A stretch of DNA of 64,000 bases from Paraspadella gotoi (Eukaryota > Animalia > Chaetognatha), in NCBI GenBank assembly GCA_051294375.1, contig CM119270.1:21349391-21413390 (forward strand). The letters run 5' to 3'. The notes under the pieces were generated by a model. The model did not search any database. It worked only from the letters and a program-made list of their open reading frames with translations, and had not been told where the DNA came from. The first letter of the stretch is position 1; each line of letters starts with the position of its first letter. Positions 21,991 to 34,500 of this stretch are shown piece after piece. The position numbers and the translations under genes were made by a program.

Positions 21991-23050
21991 TGTGAACTAC
22001 ATTCTAGCGCTTCTAGTTTATGGCCGATTTTCGGCCTTAAAATAAACTCCAGATTAGGGTCTAGGTTAGGGTTGAGTGGTTAGGTGTTCAGGTTGAGTAG
22101 TAGTAGTTTAGGGGTATGGGTTTAGTACGTTTAGGGTTAGTTGAGTAATTTAGGTTAGGGTTTAGGGCTTGAGTTAAGTAGTGATTAGGACTTATTATAA
22201 GTCATATTTTAGGGATAGGGGTAGAGGGTGTTGTTGATGACCAAGAGGCCCGCGGTTAGGGTTAGGGTTGAGCACGGAGATGTATCCGAGGCCTGGGCCC
22301 CGGTTAGGGTTAGGTTGGGAGAGAGGCCCTATGGTGGTTATATTATCGAAGGCAATTAGGGTAGGGTTGACGGTACGGATTATGCTACGGGAGGCCTGGT
22401 CCCGGCGTTTTAGCGGTTTAGGTTGTGCAGAGAGCCCGTGAGGTTATATATCGAAGGCCAATTAGGGTTAGGGTTGAGTACGGAGCAAATGTACGGGGAG
22501 GCGCCTGGTAGTTAGGGATGAGGACATGGAGTTGAAACGGGAGGCTTGGTTGAGGGAGTTTGGGTCTGGGGAGGACCCATGGGAGCTCGATCGATATTGT
22601 GGCGGTGTAGGGTTAGGGGTTGAGGGGCGACGGAGGATGGTACGGAGGCGCGGTGAGGCCGGTGTGGTGGTAGGTTGAGGAGAGGCAGCAGGAGGTGAAG
22701 CGAGAGGTGGTGTGGGTTTAGGGTAGGTGGTGAGGGAGGGGCCCGTGGTGGAGTGGAGAGTCTCGAGAAGCGAGGTTAGGGTTGATTGACGATGATGGAG
22801 ATGTACGGGAAGGCCCAGCGCGACGGGGGAAAGGGGTGGTAAGAGTGTGAGTAAGAAATGCACGAGCTATGAACGAGGATTTCTGAGTGGTGTTGTAGTT
22901 TGGTCTATGCGATGAAGAAACGAGTGAGAATACATAGATATCAGAGTGATATTCATAATCCCGATGTTAGTGCTGACAGCTTTATATTAATATGTCTTTT
23001 TTTTTATAGCTACATGGCGGCGAGGTCGCCGTACGTGTGGGCGATGAGTG
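21977..23050 (-). repeat. Inverted, increasingly error-rich copy of 20940-21945
   Basis: TTAGGG-rich mirror image; AAATCGCCAAA (21936) pairs with TTTGGCGATTT (21977); similarity to the left arm is traceable to about 23050. Confidence 0.8.
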
Positions 23051-23080
23051 ATCATCTCTCCTAAAGCACCTGATCTCTCT

Positions 23081-23123
<43 letters not shown>

Positions 23124-23329
23124 TGAGGTTAAGAAAAGCACAGGGAGAAAGAAAATTAATAATAATTATAATTCAACCAATAAAATAAATAATAAAATAA
23201 ACGTTATTTTTTGACGATATCACTAGAAAAGTTATTAAGTATGAAAGCCTAGCATATTTCAAACATAAAAGTGTCTTGTTTGTCGTTTTATAATCTTCTC
23301 AATTTAATTTACGATCTCAAAATCAATTT

Positions 23330-23860
23330 TCTCGTGACAAAATCGCCAAATCGGCCGCGCGATTATTTTTCGTTGTCGTGGAGACGTGGACTCTAACCTG
23401 GAGACTCAGGGTGACCACTGACCAAGTCTGACCGGAGGCGAGACAACTATTTAAGGAACTGTTGGTTCCTACCGGCTAAGTTCACCCGGTCCTTCAGTAG
23501 TATCTCGAAGAGACATCACGTGCAGAAAGGTCTTCCCCATTGAAGTCTTCTGCAATAATGCAAATCACTAAATGCATAAGTTTGCCCCCCCCCCCAAAAA
23601 AAATAAAATCAAAAAAATCAAAAAAATCAAAAACCAAAATTGGTGGCGGTTTATTCACACCGCCTCACATCCGCCATCGTTCACTCAATCCCATTGGCTC
23701 AGAAGAGGAACTCACCATCCCAGGCGTTGCGCTCCATCCACAGTCCTAACGACTTAACTGTGCGTTGGCAAAGCGAGACCGTCCTAGTGTAACCGCGCCA
23801 GTGACTGGAGGCGTCACTGAGGGTCGGACGGCCTTAAAAGCGGGCGATTTCAATCAGTCC
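23330..23860 (+). mobile_element. Decayed non-LTR retrotransposon APE-endonuclease fragment
   Basis: Collinear motifs FVVVETW (about 23369-23390), GGGL (about 23642) and AGDFN (about 23840-23854), broken by stops and frameshifts. Confidence 0.5.
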
Positions 23861-23924
23861 GTTTTGCACTTTGCCTCTTTTAAGATTCTCCTCGCGAGAT
23901 TCTGGAGAATCTTTTCTCTTGCGC

Positions 23925-24025
23925 CGCAAATAAATCCGGAGAAACAATAAATCACTTTTCCGTCGGTCGGTCAGTCGTTATGCGTGCCTGTCTGTTGATG
24001 GGTCTGTTCCACTTACGTTTTTAAA
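23925..24025 (-). mobile_element. HINE/DINE-1-like non-autonomous element with a (GACG/GACC)n core
   Basis: Reverse complement matches 30605-30715 (AAACGTAAGTGGAACAGACC..CGACCGACGGAAAAGTGA). Related cores occur at about 1130-1200, 13720-13780 and 25810-26030. Confidence 0.5.
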
Positions 24026-24734
24026 TGCTTATGACAATTTGGATGATATTATGGAGGAATGTTAGGTACTAGTTGATGTATCCTCGATCCTCATCCTCCT
24101 CTTCCCATCCCTCTCGTACTTGCTGATAAAGAGCTCGTTTCGTGTAAAAACACAAATCCGTAAATTACGTCTTAGAAAAAATAAGTATGTTTTACACATG
24201 TCTACTACTTCTTCACTATGGGTTGTGAGCTTACTTCTTTACAATTTACGTCTGCAAAACCCTAACGATCCTCAAATCCTAGTAAAAGTAACAAAAATTA
24301 AAAAAATGTAAAGAGTCTAAACTTACTAAGTGTACAATTCAACTTACTACAATATGCAAATAAGATTAAATTGCTTCAATATTTTAATATTGAAGGCTTA
24401 TTAAGTCGTGGCTTATTTACTATGAAAGATAAGTCCTGACCAAGGATATGCATTTAATAATACACCTAATGAGTGGGTGAGCAACTAAGAATCTTTTATG
24501 TAAGTGAGATGTAATGAGTGGGAGAAAGAGAGAGAGAGAGAGCAGATGGAGCTTTTAACTCTTTACACAAAATGTGAGCGGTGAAGATTTAGACTGGATT
24601 TGCTGGTTTTCCGGGATGTTTTTTTTATCGACGGTTGAGGCTAGAGAGAGAGAGAGAGAGGAGATCGAAAATTCTTCCAGCCTTCACTTTTTTTGCCAAA
24701 AAACCGAAATCGAGGGGAAAAGAAAGAAAGAGAG

Positions 24735-24805
<71 letters not shown>

Positions 24806-25809
24806 GTGAAGATAGTGATGATGATGATTCTGTAGAATTTGAAAAAACCAAGAAAAGAGATTTTTTTCTCTTTGGTCGTCGGTGCACTTTTTGTTGGAGG
24901 GCATGAAAAGCGAAGGTAAATATTTTGAATATTGTGTGAAAGTTAAAAGTTGAATGTACATTAGTGATCGTGTATAACTGTACTTTCTTTAAATTTGTGA
25001 CATGAAACTGACCTTAATTTATTATTACCTTCTATCAATAGATGTCTATTTTAGCTTTATAATTTAAGGAGTGTAATGAAAAATTCGTTTTTGAACAACA
25101 ATTTATTAAAAAAATAAAGATCGAATACAAAGCTTTATAATTATAATAAAAAACAAATTCGTTGTCTGTAAACAATTTCGCTTAATTCTAATTTCAAACG
25201 CAACGAAACGCTAAGCTCGAAATAACAATAATTATAATATAATTAATTTGCTTTATAAGATGTATGTAATCGTATATTAAAAAACTACAAAGTAGAAATC
25301 ATAAAAGAACTTAAAACAAGTTTGAGCAAACAATGCCGGATCTGCCCACGATCATTAGCGGTAAGCAGATGATCAGATAACTAATTAATTAATTAATCAA
25401 TTAATTAAATAATTAATTAATTAATTAATTAGAATTCATTAATTAATTAAATAACTAATTAATTAATTAATTAGAATTCATTTTTTTTATTCGTGTCAAA
25501 ATCGTTTTACACTTTGTATCGCCTCTCAATCACAAAACAACAATCTCGATCACAAAATTAATTAATAATTAATTAATTACTTATTTATTAATAATTAATT
25601 GAAGCAGCTTGAATTTACATTTAATAAAAAAATAAAAAAACATAATCAAATAGTGAAATAGATTGTTTGTTTTTTCCTTTTTAACTCATTTTCACTTGGA
25701 CGATTCCAGCGAAACTTCATATCCCGCTCAATCACACACTTCCCTCCCCACACACAAAATTTAATTCCAATCCATCCATCCAATCACGAGTAATTGGATT
25801 TTTTTGCTA

Positions 25810-26030
25810 ATGTGGGACGGACAGAAAGACGGACAGACGGACAGACAGACGGACGAATGGACGGACGAATGGACGGACGGACGGAGGGACATCGTTTTTT
25901 TTGCATAATTTATCATAATTCGATGTTCTGCCATGATATAAGTTAATACCCGACAAGATTGGGGGGGCGGACCGACGGACCGACAAAGTGAATATACTAT
26001 AATTATACTATAATTTATAGATCCGGAATC
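25810..26030 (+). mobile_element. HINE/DINE-1-like element with a (GGAC/GACA)n microsatellite
   Basis: GGACGGACAGACGGAC tract followed by ACCGACGGACCGACAAAGTGA, the same end motif as at about 30670-30690. Confidence 0.45.
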
Positions 26031-27779
26031 TGCTGTAACCACTATTTGATTTAGAATTATGACAGAAAATGAATAAAAGTATCAAGACTTAGGTTAATAG
26101 TTATTCTAAAGCCAGATTTTAAAAATGTCCCACTTTTACTGTCCCAGTTTTAAGTTCAATGTCTTTAAAATCCGATTTAAATTCAAGTTTAGTTCAACTT
26201 CGAGGTTAAACTTTCGATGTCTGATTTNNNNNNNNNNTTTACGATCACCGAGAATATATAAAAGTTTGGTTCTTAGATTATTTTTTTTTCTGTGAGTTAG
26301 TTTTGTCGTATTTAACGATGTAATTTACGAATATTATTTTACACTCTCTTGTCATGAAGATTGATTTTAGAAGACTATCCGATGGACAAAATACTAACTC
26401 TAACAAAAAACGAACAAGCAAAGAAGCACATGCAGTTAGTTGTACCCTAGTTTTTTCCACTTGTATTTCGAAGCAAATAACGTTCACATTCTATCACAAC
26501 GAAAGACAATATCACAACTGATATCACTTTTTTTATCACAACGTCTCGCCATTCAAGATGGCGAAGGAAGAAAAAGAAAACCAGAGAATTTCTTCTCACA
26601 AAAAATAAAAAATGAACAATCGCTTTTTATGACGACGACGACGATGACGACGACGACGACGACGACGANNNNNNNNNNNNNNNNNNNNNNNNNNNNNNNN
26701 NNNNNNNNNNNNNNNNNNNNNNNNNNNNNNNNNNNNNNNNNNNNNNNNNNNNNNNNNNNNNNNNNNNNNNNNNNNNNNNNNNNNNNNNNNNNNNNNNNNN
26801 NNNNNNNNNNNNNNNNNNNNNNNNNNNNNNNNNNNNNNNNNNNNNNNNNNNNNNNNNNNNNNNNNNNNNNNNNNNNNNNNNNNNNNNNNNNNNNNNNNNN
26901 NNNNNNNNNNNNNNNACGACGACGACGACGACGACGACGATAACGAAGACGGCGGTGTCACGCTCACCTGCAGAGCCGCGTTGACAGGATGGGAAAAAAA
27001 CTGTCACCAATTCTCTCTCTCTCTTTCTCCCTTATCGTCTCGCTCGTCACCAATTAATACCGGAATACAAAAATACGGAATAGAACCAAAACAAATTTTA
27101 ATTTAAAAGCAATCAATTTTTTTGCTAAATACAGGATATCATCCTTAATCTTTTCATTCTCCTCATTTTTTTTTAATTTTCATACTTTTTTTTTCGCGAT
27201 TTAACTCATTTTAATTTAAACTGGATTGCTCCTTTGTTTACATTTTTTGATTCCCACTTTTCCCGCCAGATTTCGTGTGATGACCTGACCTCCTCGATGA
27301 GATATCCGTCGTCCGTCTTCCTGACCGAGAAACCAATAACCCTGCGACAAAAATGCCGGTACAAACAAATGTAGAAATGATCAATAAATAAATAAATAAA
27401 NNNNNNNNNNNNNNNNNNNNNNNNNNNNNNNNNNNNNNNNNNNNNNNNNNNNNNNNNNNNNNNNNNNNNNNNNNNNNNNNNNNNNNNNNNNNNNNNNNNN
27501 NAATTAATTAATTAATTAATTAATAAATAAATTAATAAACTTTGTGACTAACACTGAACTCGGTTTCCTACTTTTCGCCCGAATCTTTTACCTTCTCCNN
27601 NNNNNNNNNNNNNNNNNNNNNNNNNNNNNNNNNNNNNNNNNNNNNNNNNNNNNNNNNNNNNNNNNNNNNNNNNNNNNNNNNNNNNNNNNNNNNNNNNNNN
27701 NNNNNNNNNNNNNNNNNNNNNNNNNNNNNNNNNNNNNNNNNNNNNNNNNNNNNNNNNNNNNNNNNNNNNNNNNNNNNNN

Positions 27780-28518
27780 ACGTTCGTGCCTCCCTTCAAG
27801 CGGGCGAGGGGTCGACCGCGCAAAGGCTCCGAGCAACAGGAAATGGAGGAAATGGAGAGGCTGGAGAAGCTGGCCAAAGAACTCGACTCGCAACATCATC
27901 ATCCGCAGCAGCAGCAGCACCAGCAGCAGCACCAGCAGCATCAGCAGATGGGAGGAGGAGGAGGAGGTGGCGGAGGAGGAGGAGGAGGAGCGTTGGATGG
28001 CGCCGTCGCCGCTAGGAGCGCCGTGGGAAATGGCGCCGGAGAAGATGGTGGATTAGGAGGGAGTGGAGCCGGAGGTGGTGGTGGTGGAGCCGTGGGGTTG
28101 GATCTGGTCCAGTTGGNNNNNNNNNNNNNNNNNNNNNNNNNNNNNNNNNNNNNNNNNNNNNNNNNNNNNNNNNNNNNNNNNNNNNNNNNNNNNNNNNNNN
28201 NNNNNNNNNNNNNNNNNNNNNNNNNNNNNNNNNNNNNNNNNNNNNNNNNNNNNNNNNNNNNNNNNNNNNNNNNNNNNNNNNNNNNNNNNNNNNNNNNNNN
28301 NNNNNNNNNNNNNNNNNNNNNNNNNNNNNNNNNNNNNNNNNNNNNNNNNNNNNNNNNNNNNNNNNNNNNNNNNNNNNNNNNNNNNNNNNNNNNNNNNNNN
28401 NNNNNNNNNNNNNNNNNNNNNNNNNNNNNNNNNNNNNNNNNNNNNNNNNNNNNNNNNNNNNNNNNNNNNNNNNNNNNNNNNNNNNNNNNNNNNNNNNNNN
28501 NNNNNNNNNNNNNNNNNN

Positions 28519-28549
<31 letters not shown>

Positions 28550-31500
28550 GAGAGAGAGCGAAGGGGGGTAGGGAGAAAGAGTTGGGGAAAAACAGTGAGA
28601 GAGAGAGACACACACAAATAATACCTGGCGATACTCATTAAAACTCCAAAGTTTTACCAGGTTTTCCCAGACAAATCGGTTCTTCACGCTCATTGGAAGG
28701 AGCGTCACAAACTGGCAGAAAAAGCTCACAAGTAAGATTTCTTAGAACTTTTAATTTCGTTTTCGACTGTTTAATAATTTTAATTCATTCAAAGATTTTT
28801 CTAAATTTTCTTTTTTCTCTTTTTTCCTTTTCCTTTGTAGACCCGTCTCTCTCCCTTTCAGATGCATGCATTGCTTCAAGGCGTTCTCCACGACAGCTCA
28901 AATGAATCAGCATCTCTTGGTTCACAGCGGAGAGAGGAAACATCACTGTTCCTTCTGTGAAAAGGCGTTCAAACAGTTGTCACATTTACAGCAACACACT
29001 CGCAGACACACTGGTGAGTTTCAGTGAGAAATAACACGAATTGTTTGTCTTTGCAATTTACATATTAGTTCAAATTATAACTAGGAATCAGTGAAAATTG
29101 TAAAAGCTGATTTTATTCATTGCATGCGATTTGCTATTTTGCACCAAAAAATATTACATGTTAATGTTTCAAACCGTAGTGGGCAAATGCCAAGAATCAC
29201 TTTGCTAATAAAACAATTGTTGTCTTTCCCCGTTGACTAATAACGATCTTTATAATTATGTGGACCCCTTTTACGGCGAATCGGAGGTCTGTGTGAAACG
29301 AGCACCTTTCAGGCTTAACAAGTTTCTAAGAGATTTTCTGTTTTAAAACATTTTCTCAATAAATTATCTTACGAAATTTACTAATATACTGCCCAATCCG
29401 ATTCATACGTAATTATTAATTCCTTAACAAACCCCAGGTGAACGTCCGTACAAGTGCAAATTGGACGGGTGTTCGAGAGCTTTTGCGCAGTTGTCAAATT
29501 TGCAGCAACACATGAGGAATCATGACAACCAGATGGCAAAAGCAGCAAACAAGCCTTTCCAATGCAACATCTGCACGAAGATGTTCGCAACTGAGAGCGG
29601 GCTCAAGACGCACTCGCAAAAGGTATTCATTCATCTTTCATTCATTTGGATTTATTCATACATTCGCAAAAGGTATTCATTCATCTTTCATTTATTCATT
29701 CAGGAATACATCTAAACAAGTTTTCCTTTATTTATTAATTAATTCATTCATTAATTAACCTCTTTTATAAGCCAAAATGTACCACGATTCCCCTGAACTG
29801 GGCCAGAACTCACTACCATTCCGTAGATGTGCAATTTTCAGTACCACGATCCCGTGTTAAAGCGCCTGGAGTCCGACGTCAGTCGAGGGGAGTTGAACTC
29901 TGCCGTACAGAGTCTGGATCCGCGACCGGTTCCGGGTCTCCCCCGCGGACGAGGCCGACCGCGCGGCTCCTGCAACAGCAACACCGCTCACGGCAGCGGT
30001 GGCGGCGGCGGCGGAGTCAACAACCACGCGGGCGGCGGAAGCCACGCCAATCACGCCAACAGTCACGCCAACGGCGGCGCGGGTGGCGCCGCGTCAACGG
30101 GCGCCGGTCCTTCGTCGGCGTCGTCGTCGGCGCAGCATCACCACGCCAACCACGTGGGCAACCACGCAGGAACGGGCGGCGGCGGCGGCGGCGGCAGCGG
30201 CGAGGCGCTGCTGGCGGCGGCGAATCTAACGTCGACACCGAATTCGTCGTCGGCGAGAGCCACGCCCATTCACACCACCAACGGTGAGGGTGGTGGGGGT
30301 GGACCGGGGTGGTGGGCGGTGGTGGATATTAGCATATTTATAATAATGTAAGGTTGAAGTGAGAAGAACAAGAACGGTAATTCCAATGTGTTACGTCCCA
30401 GTAACTTTTTCACATGTATTTCCCTATGATCACATGATATGACATGATATGACAATATTAACAAATGTTTTTTGCCTGTGTATTTTTGAAATGCACTGCA
30501 TCAAAATCTTTTATTCCTGAAGGAGGCGTGAGCAGACCCTTAGATTTGAAATTTTTTTCTGTCTTAACAAAAGAGCAACCAACTATAGGGAAATTATATT
30601 CACTTTAAACGTAAGTGGAACAGACCGACGGATAAACATACGGACGGACCAATGGACCAACGGACCGACCGACCGACCGTAAAGTGACTTATAAAGTTGC
30701 TCCGCGAATACTAATGATTATGATCAGAATCACGCTTTTACTGATTTTCTGAAATTATTAATAAATAAGTTATCTTGCCTCCTGAGTCCTGTCTATGCAA
30801 AAATGTCGTGATATGATCTTCAAGATAATAACATATCGAAAACGCTCTGACTTTCATCAAAAATCAGTTTAAATAAATTATTTGATTGATATTTTCCAAA
30901 CCTTTCCATCCTTTCCCCAAAATCGATCCCTTCAGGTGCTACAATGTCAAACCACGTCCAGAACACTGCCACGATGGATCAAGTGATTAGTAGCATCACC
31001 CCGATCACCTTACCCTCGACGGCACACGGCTACGGACCCGGAATGGCCGACCCCGCGGCCGTCACCGCCCCCGACCATCTCTCGCCCACCACGCCCGGGA
31101 TGCTCACCAGTCACCACTTGTCTTCGAGTGGTGAGTTTAACAAAAATGGCGCAGGTTTTCGATTCGTCTGATTTCACTGAGCGGGAGAAAGCAGTTTAAA
31201 GTTGAGAAAAGATTTCACTGTGCGGTTTAAAGTCACTCAATTAGTACATTGTGTGGCGAAAGGAAGTTAGGACACTCACTTACACCGTGCAATGTGCATG
31301 AGAAGGCAGTTGAGAGCAAACAATAAAGGAAAAGGTAGTTTAAAAATAGATTTTACCAAGCGGCGCAAGGCTATTTATAGCGAACAGTCGATTTAACTGT
31401 ACGGGAATAGAGCCATTGTTAATATCGATAGACTCCGACACTGCAATCCGATAGGAGAGAGTGATAGTTGTTAAATCGAGAATACTTACAGTCGGCGGGC

Positions 31501-34500
31501 GAGAGAAGAATGAGCAGAGGATGACAGAGGGACGACAAGACGCAAGAGTAGTATAGTATAGACGCACGCAGATAAGAGAGAGAGAACTGAACACATGTAA
31601 GAAACTGAAAATGAAAAGAAAGACGCGAAAAGACTTATTTTTGGAATGTCTGCGTTTGGTGGTACACTTCAAAGTCAGTCATCGAACCGGCTTCGCCACG
31701 CAAAACACATAACCAAACCTCGCTAACCTTTAAGAATTTTAACTTCTAAAATATCATCAAGCGACCAAGAAATCACACGAACACGTCGGACAGAAAATAT
31801 CCCAATAAACCGCTCATCCATCATCTCAATTTAAAACTTAACCAATGTATCCCCTGACGGCTTCGTCGACGTTAGTGGCCGGAAGAGGTCGACACATATG
31901 GAGCGAAAGCGAGGACCTCGGCGTCGAACTTTCCGCGCCGCAAGCAGCGCGCAGGAGGTCATCGTCGCGCAGCAGAGCTGAATACGAGGGAAATCAGGAC
32001 CTTGAGATCGATTTTGGGGAACGAAGGTGGCTAAGAAACAGTTGGATGTTTTGGTGAGGAGTGGACCGAAAGAGTTCGAGGGAGAAGAGGGATGAGGAGG
32101 AGGAGGAGGAGTTGGGGTTGGTCGGTCCTCCGATGGACATTGTTAAGTTAAGACATACTGTAAGTAATCGGCCGGTTCATTTGGCGAACGAATACAATGC
32201 GTCTCTTTGAAATAAAGCTATCGAGGCACTTCGGTTCTAATAACCATCTCTAGAAAATCGGGGAAACAAACGATATAAAACTTTGCAATCGTTGAAACGA
32301 AAGAATAAAAATTAATTTATTTTATAAAATTTATGTATACTAGGGTGGAGTGATGAAAAAGATATGAGCGATTGAACATTATTATTTTTTTTGCTGCCAT
32401 GCGGAAAAAAAAAAAATTTTATATTAATTAACAAATTTTAAATGCTTTTAAAATTATTTTAACAGTAACAGTTAAAGTTTCTACTACAGAGAAATAAAAA
32501 AGTTATGATGTTTACGCTTCCCCCCCTCCCATTTTTAAATGCTGAAGATGACAGAATTTTTGATACAATATTTTATATTTTTGAATTCCAATTTTTTAAT
32601 GAAAAATCTGAATTTTAAAAAAAATTAATTATTTTATAAGAATATTACTAAACAGAATATATTTATATTTTACTATTCTGTTCCACGAAACACATATGAA
32701 CATAAATATTTTTTGTACTAAATTAAATGCACACTATCTTACATCTAAATATCTGGCTTGTTCGATCATTCAAGATAATTTTTTTGTTCCTCGAGTTGCT
32801 CGCACTCACCTAAAATGTAATACGTAATATGACTATATAGTATGTGGGCACGTAACGTAATATGGGGCTTATCACCTTGAACGAGGATTAACATTGAGAA
32901 CAAAAATATTTTGTGTTTCTTAAACAATTGCGGCGAGTGTGAAGAAAGTACAAGTATAGAAATTTCGTTGTGCTAAATAAAGAGTTATTTTATTTGCCTA
33001 AATTTTGAAACCAGTTAACCCGGTTTAAGTAAACTCAAACATTATTAAACTTGAAACAGACGGGGATTTCGCTTTGTCAAAAAAGATCAACGATTTCTTA
33101 ATTCACAAACGACTTTGACGGCTTTATTCGCTATGAAAATAACCCATAAATAAAATAAATAGAAGAGTCAAATTTCAGATTTTTTATTTGGCGGTAAACA
33201 AGACAGACGTTGATTACAAAAACCATCTCACCCGACAGATATATAAGAATCATATTCCACATAAGAGATATCATCATTGAATACGCCAGCTTAAATAAAC
33301 AAAACACTTAGTTTGTTTGTTTGTTGGGTATAGATACCGTCTCTGCATTAGTCATGGTTGGCAGACTGAGTTAGCTTACCCTCGAGGAGAGCATTCACTC
33401 TCTCACGCTGCCTCCGTTTCTTCTTCCACGTCCCCCTAAAATCTAAATCTAAACTGTCCTCGCTTTGATCCCTGAGTCGTTTCTCAGTCGCCAGAAAGTG
33501 GCGGAACGCTTCGCGACTGTGTTTTCTCCGACGTCGAGCTGGTCCGGTCATCACTGCCAGCTTGGTAGGACAGATGTGGTCGCCATTGTGGCGTTGCGAT
33601 CCATAGTTGTTGACAGAGTTCCGTCTAATGTCAGAGTTCTCTCCTTCTGGTCGTTGACGGGCCGAAACAGAGGTAGTGACTTAGTAATGGTACTGAGCTT
33701 CCGAATTGGCATATAGATGGGATCGCGAAGATCACTCTTCTTGTTTCTAATTGGTCGTATTAGACCTAATGCCATTTACAATTCTTTTTTGGTATGGAAT
33801 GGCAATTGGAAGATGATGTCATCTACAGCGAGAGAGAATGTAGATCGCAGTAGAGGGTTAGTGGCAACATTACGAGATAAAAGAGGGAAAGAGAGAAAAG
33901 AGATTGAGATAGCATGTACCATAATTGCAGAGAGATTCGAAAGGAGAGATAAGAGAGTGAGAGAGAGAGAGATTTCACACCAAATATGATATAAACCAAA
34001 TTTTCTTTCGCGCGCGTGCTCGACGAATCGCCATTTCACTCAAGTTTTATTCTACTTGACATCTTAAGTTGAAAGCTTGAATAAACGAGTCGATTAAAGG
34101 CGTTGCCCAGTCTCAACGTGTGTATCTGATTATCCCGCCGCACCTCTGGGAGGAAAACCACACCAAACTGCGCGCCGTAACTAAAATATTACACTAAAAA
34201 TAATTTATTCCCGTCAAACGGTCAAGCCATACGGTACTACCCGTTAATCCTCCGTCCGCCCCCCCCCCGAGTTTTCACTATACCTTCGGACCGTGAGCCC
34301 TGTAAGTCACTTCACACCACACCCAAAATAGAGAGCAATTCCTTAAGTTACTGGTTGCAGAGAGTAACACGCAACCTGTCTGGGCAGACGGAACGCCCGC
34401 CATTTCCAGCGGCCCGGGTGTCGCTCTGTTCAGTATGCCGAACCACGCCGCCGTGTCGACCGGGCGCCGCCGAGGCCGAGCGCCAGCGCGATGCGACGAT

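Noticed and set aside
21040-22800. True telomere or telomere-fusion site; LGLGLG/PNPNP ORFs
   Set aside because: Only 2-3 hexamers at a time inside a longer satellite unit; the ORFs are repeat translations; the inversion is likely an artefact.
23374-23403. 2A-like peptide (GDVDSN..G)
   Set aside because: It lacks the ExNPGP consensus; the overlapping frame gives VVETW, collinear with GGG and GDFN endonuclease motifs.
26440-28729. Long ORFs spanning N runs
   Set aside because: Artificially extended through assembly gaps; only 27780-28116 and 28661-28731 are supported as coding.
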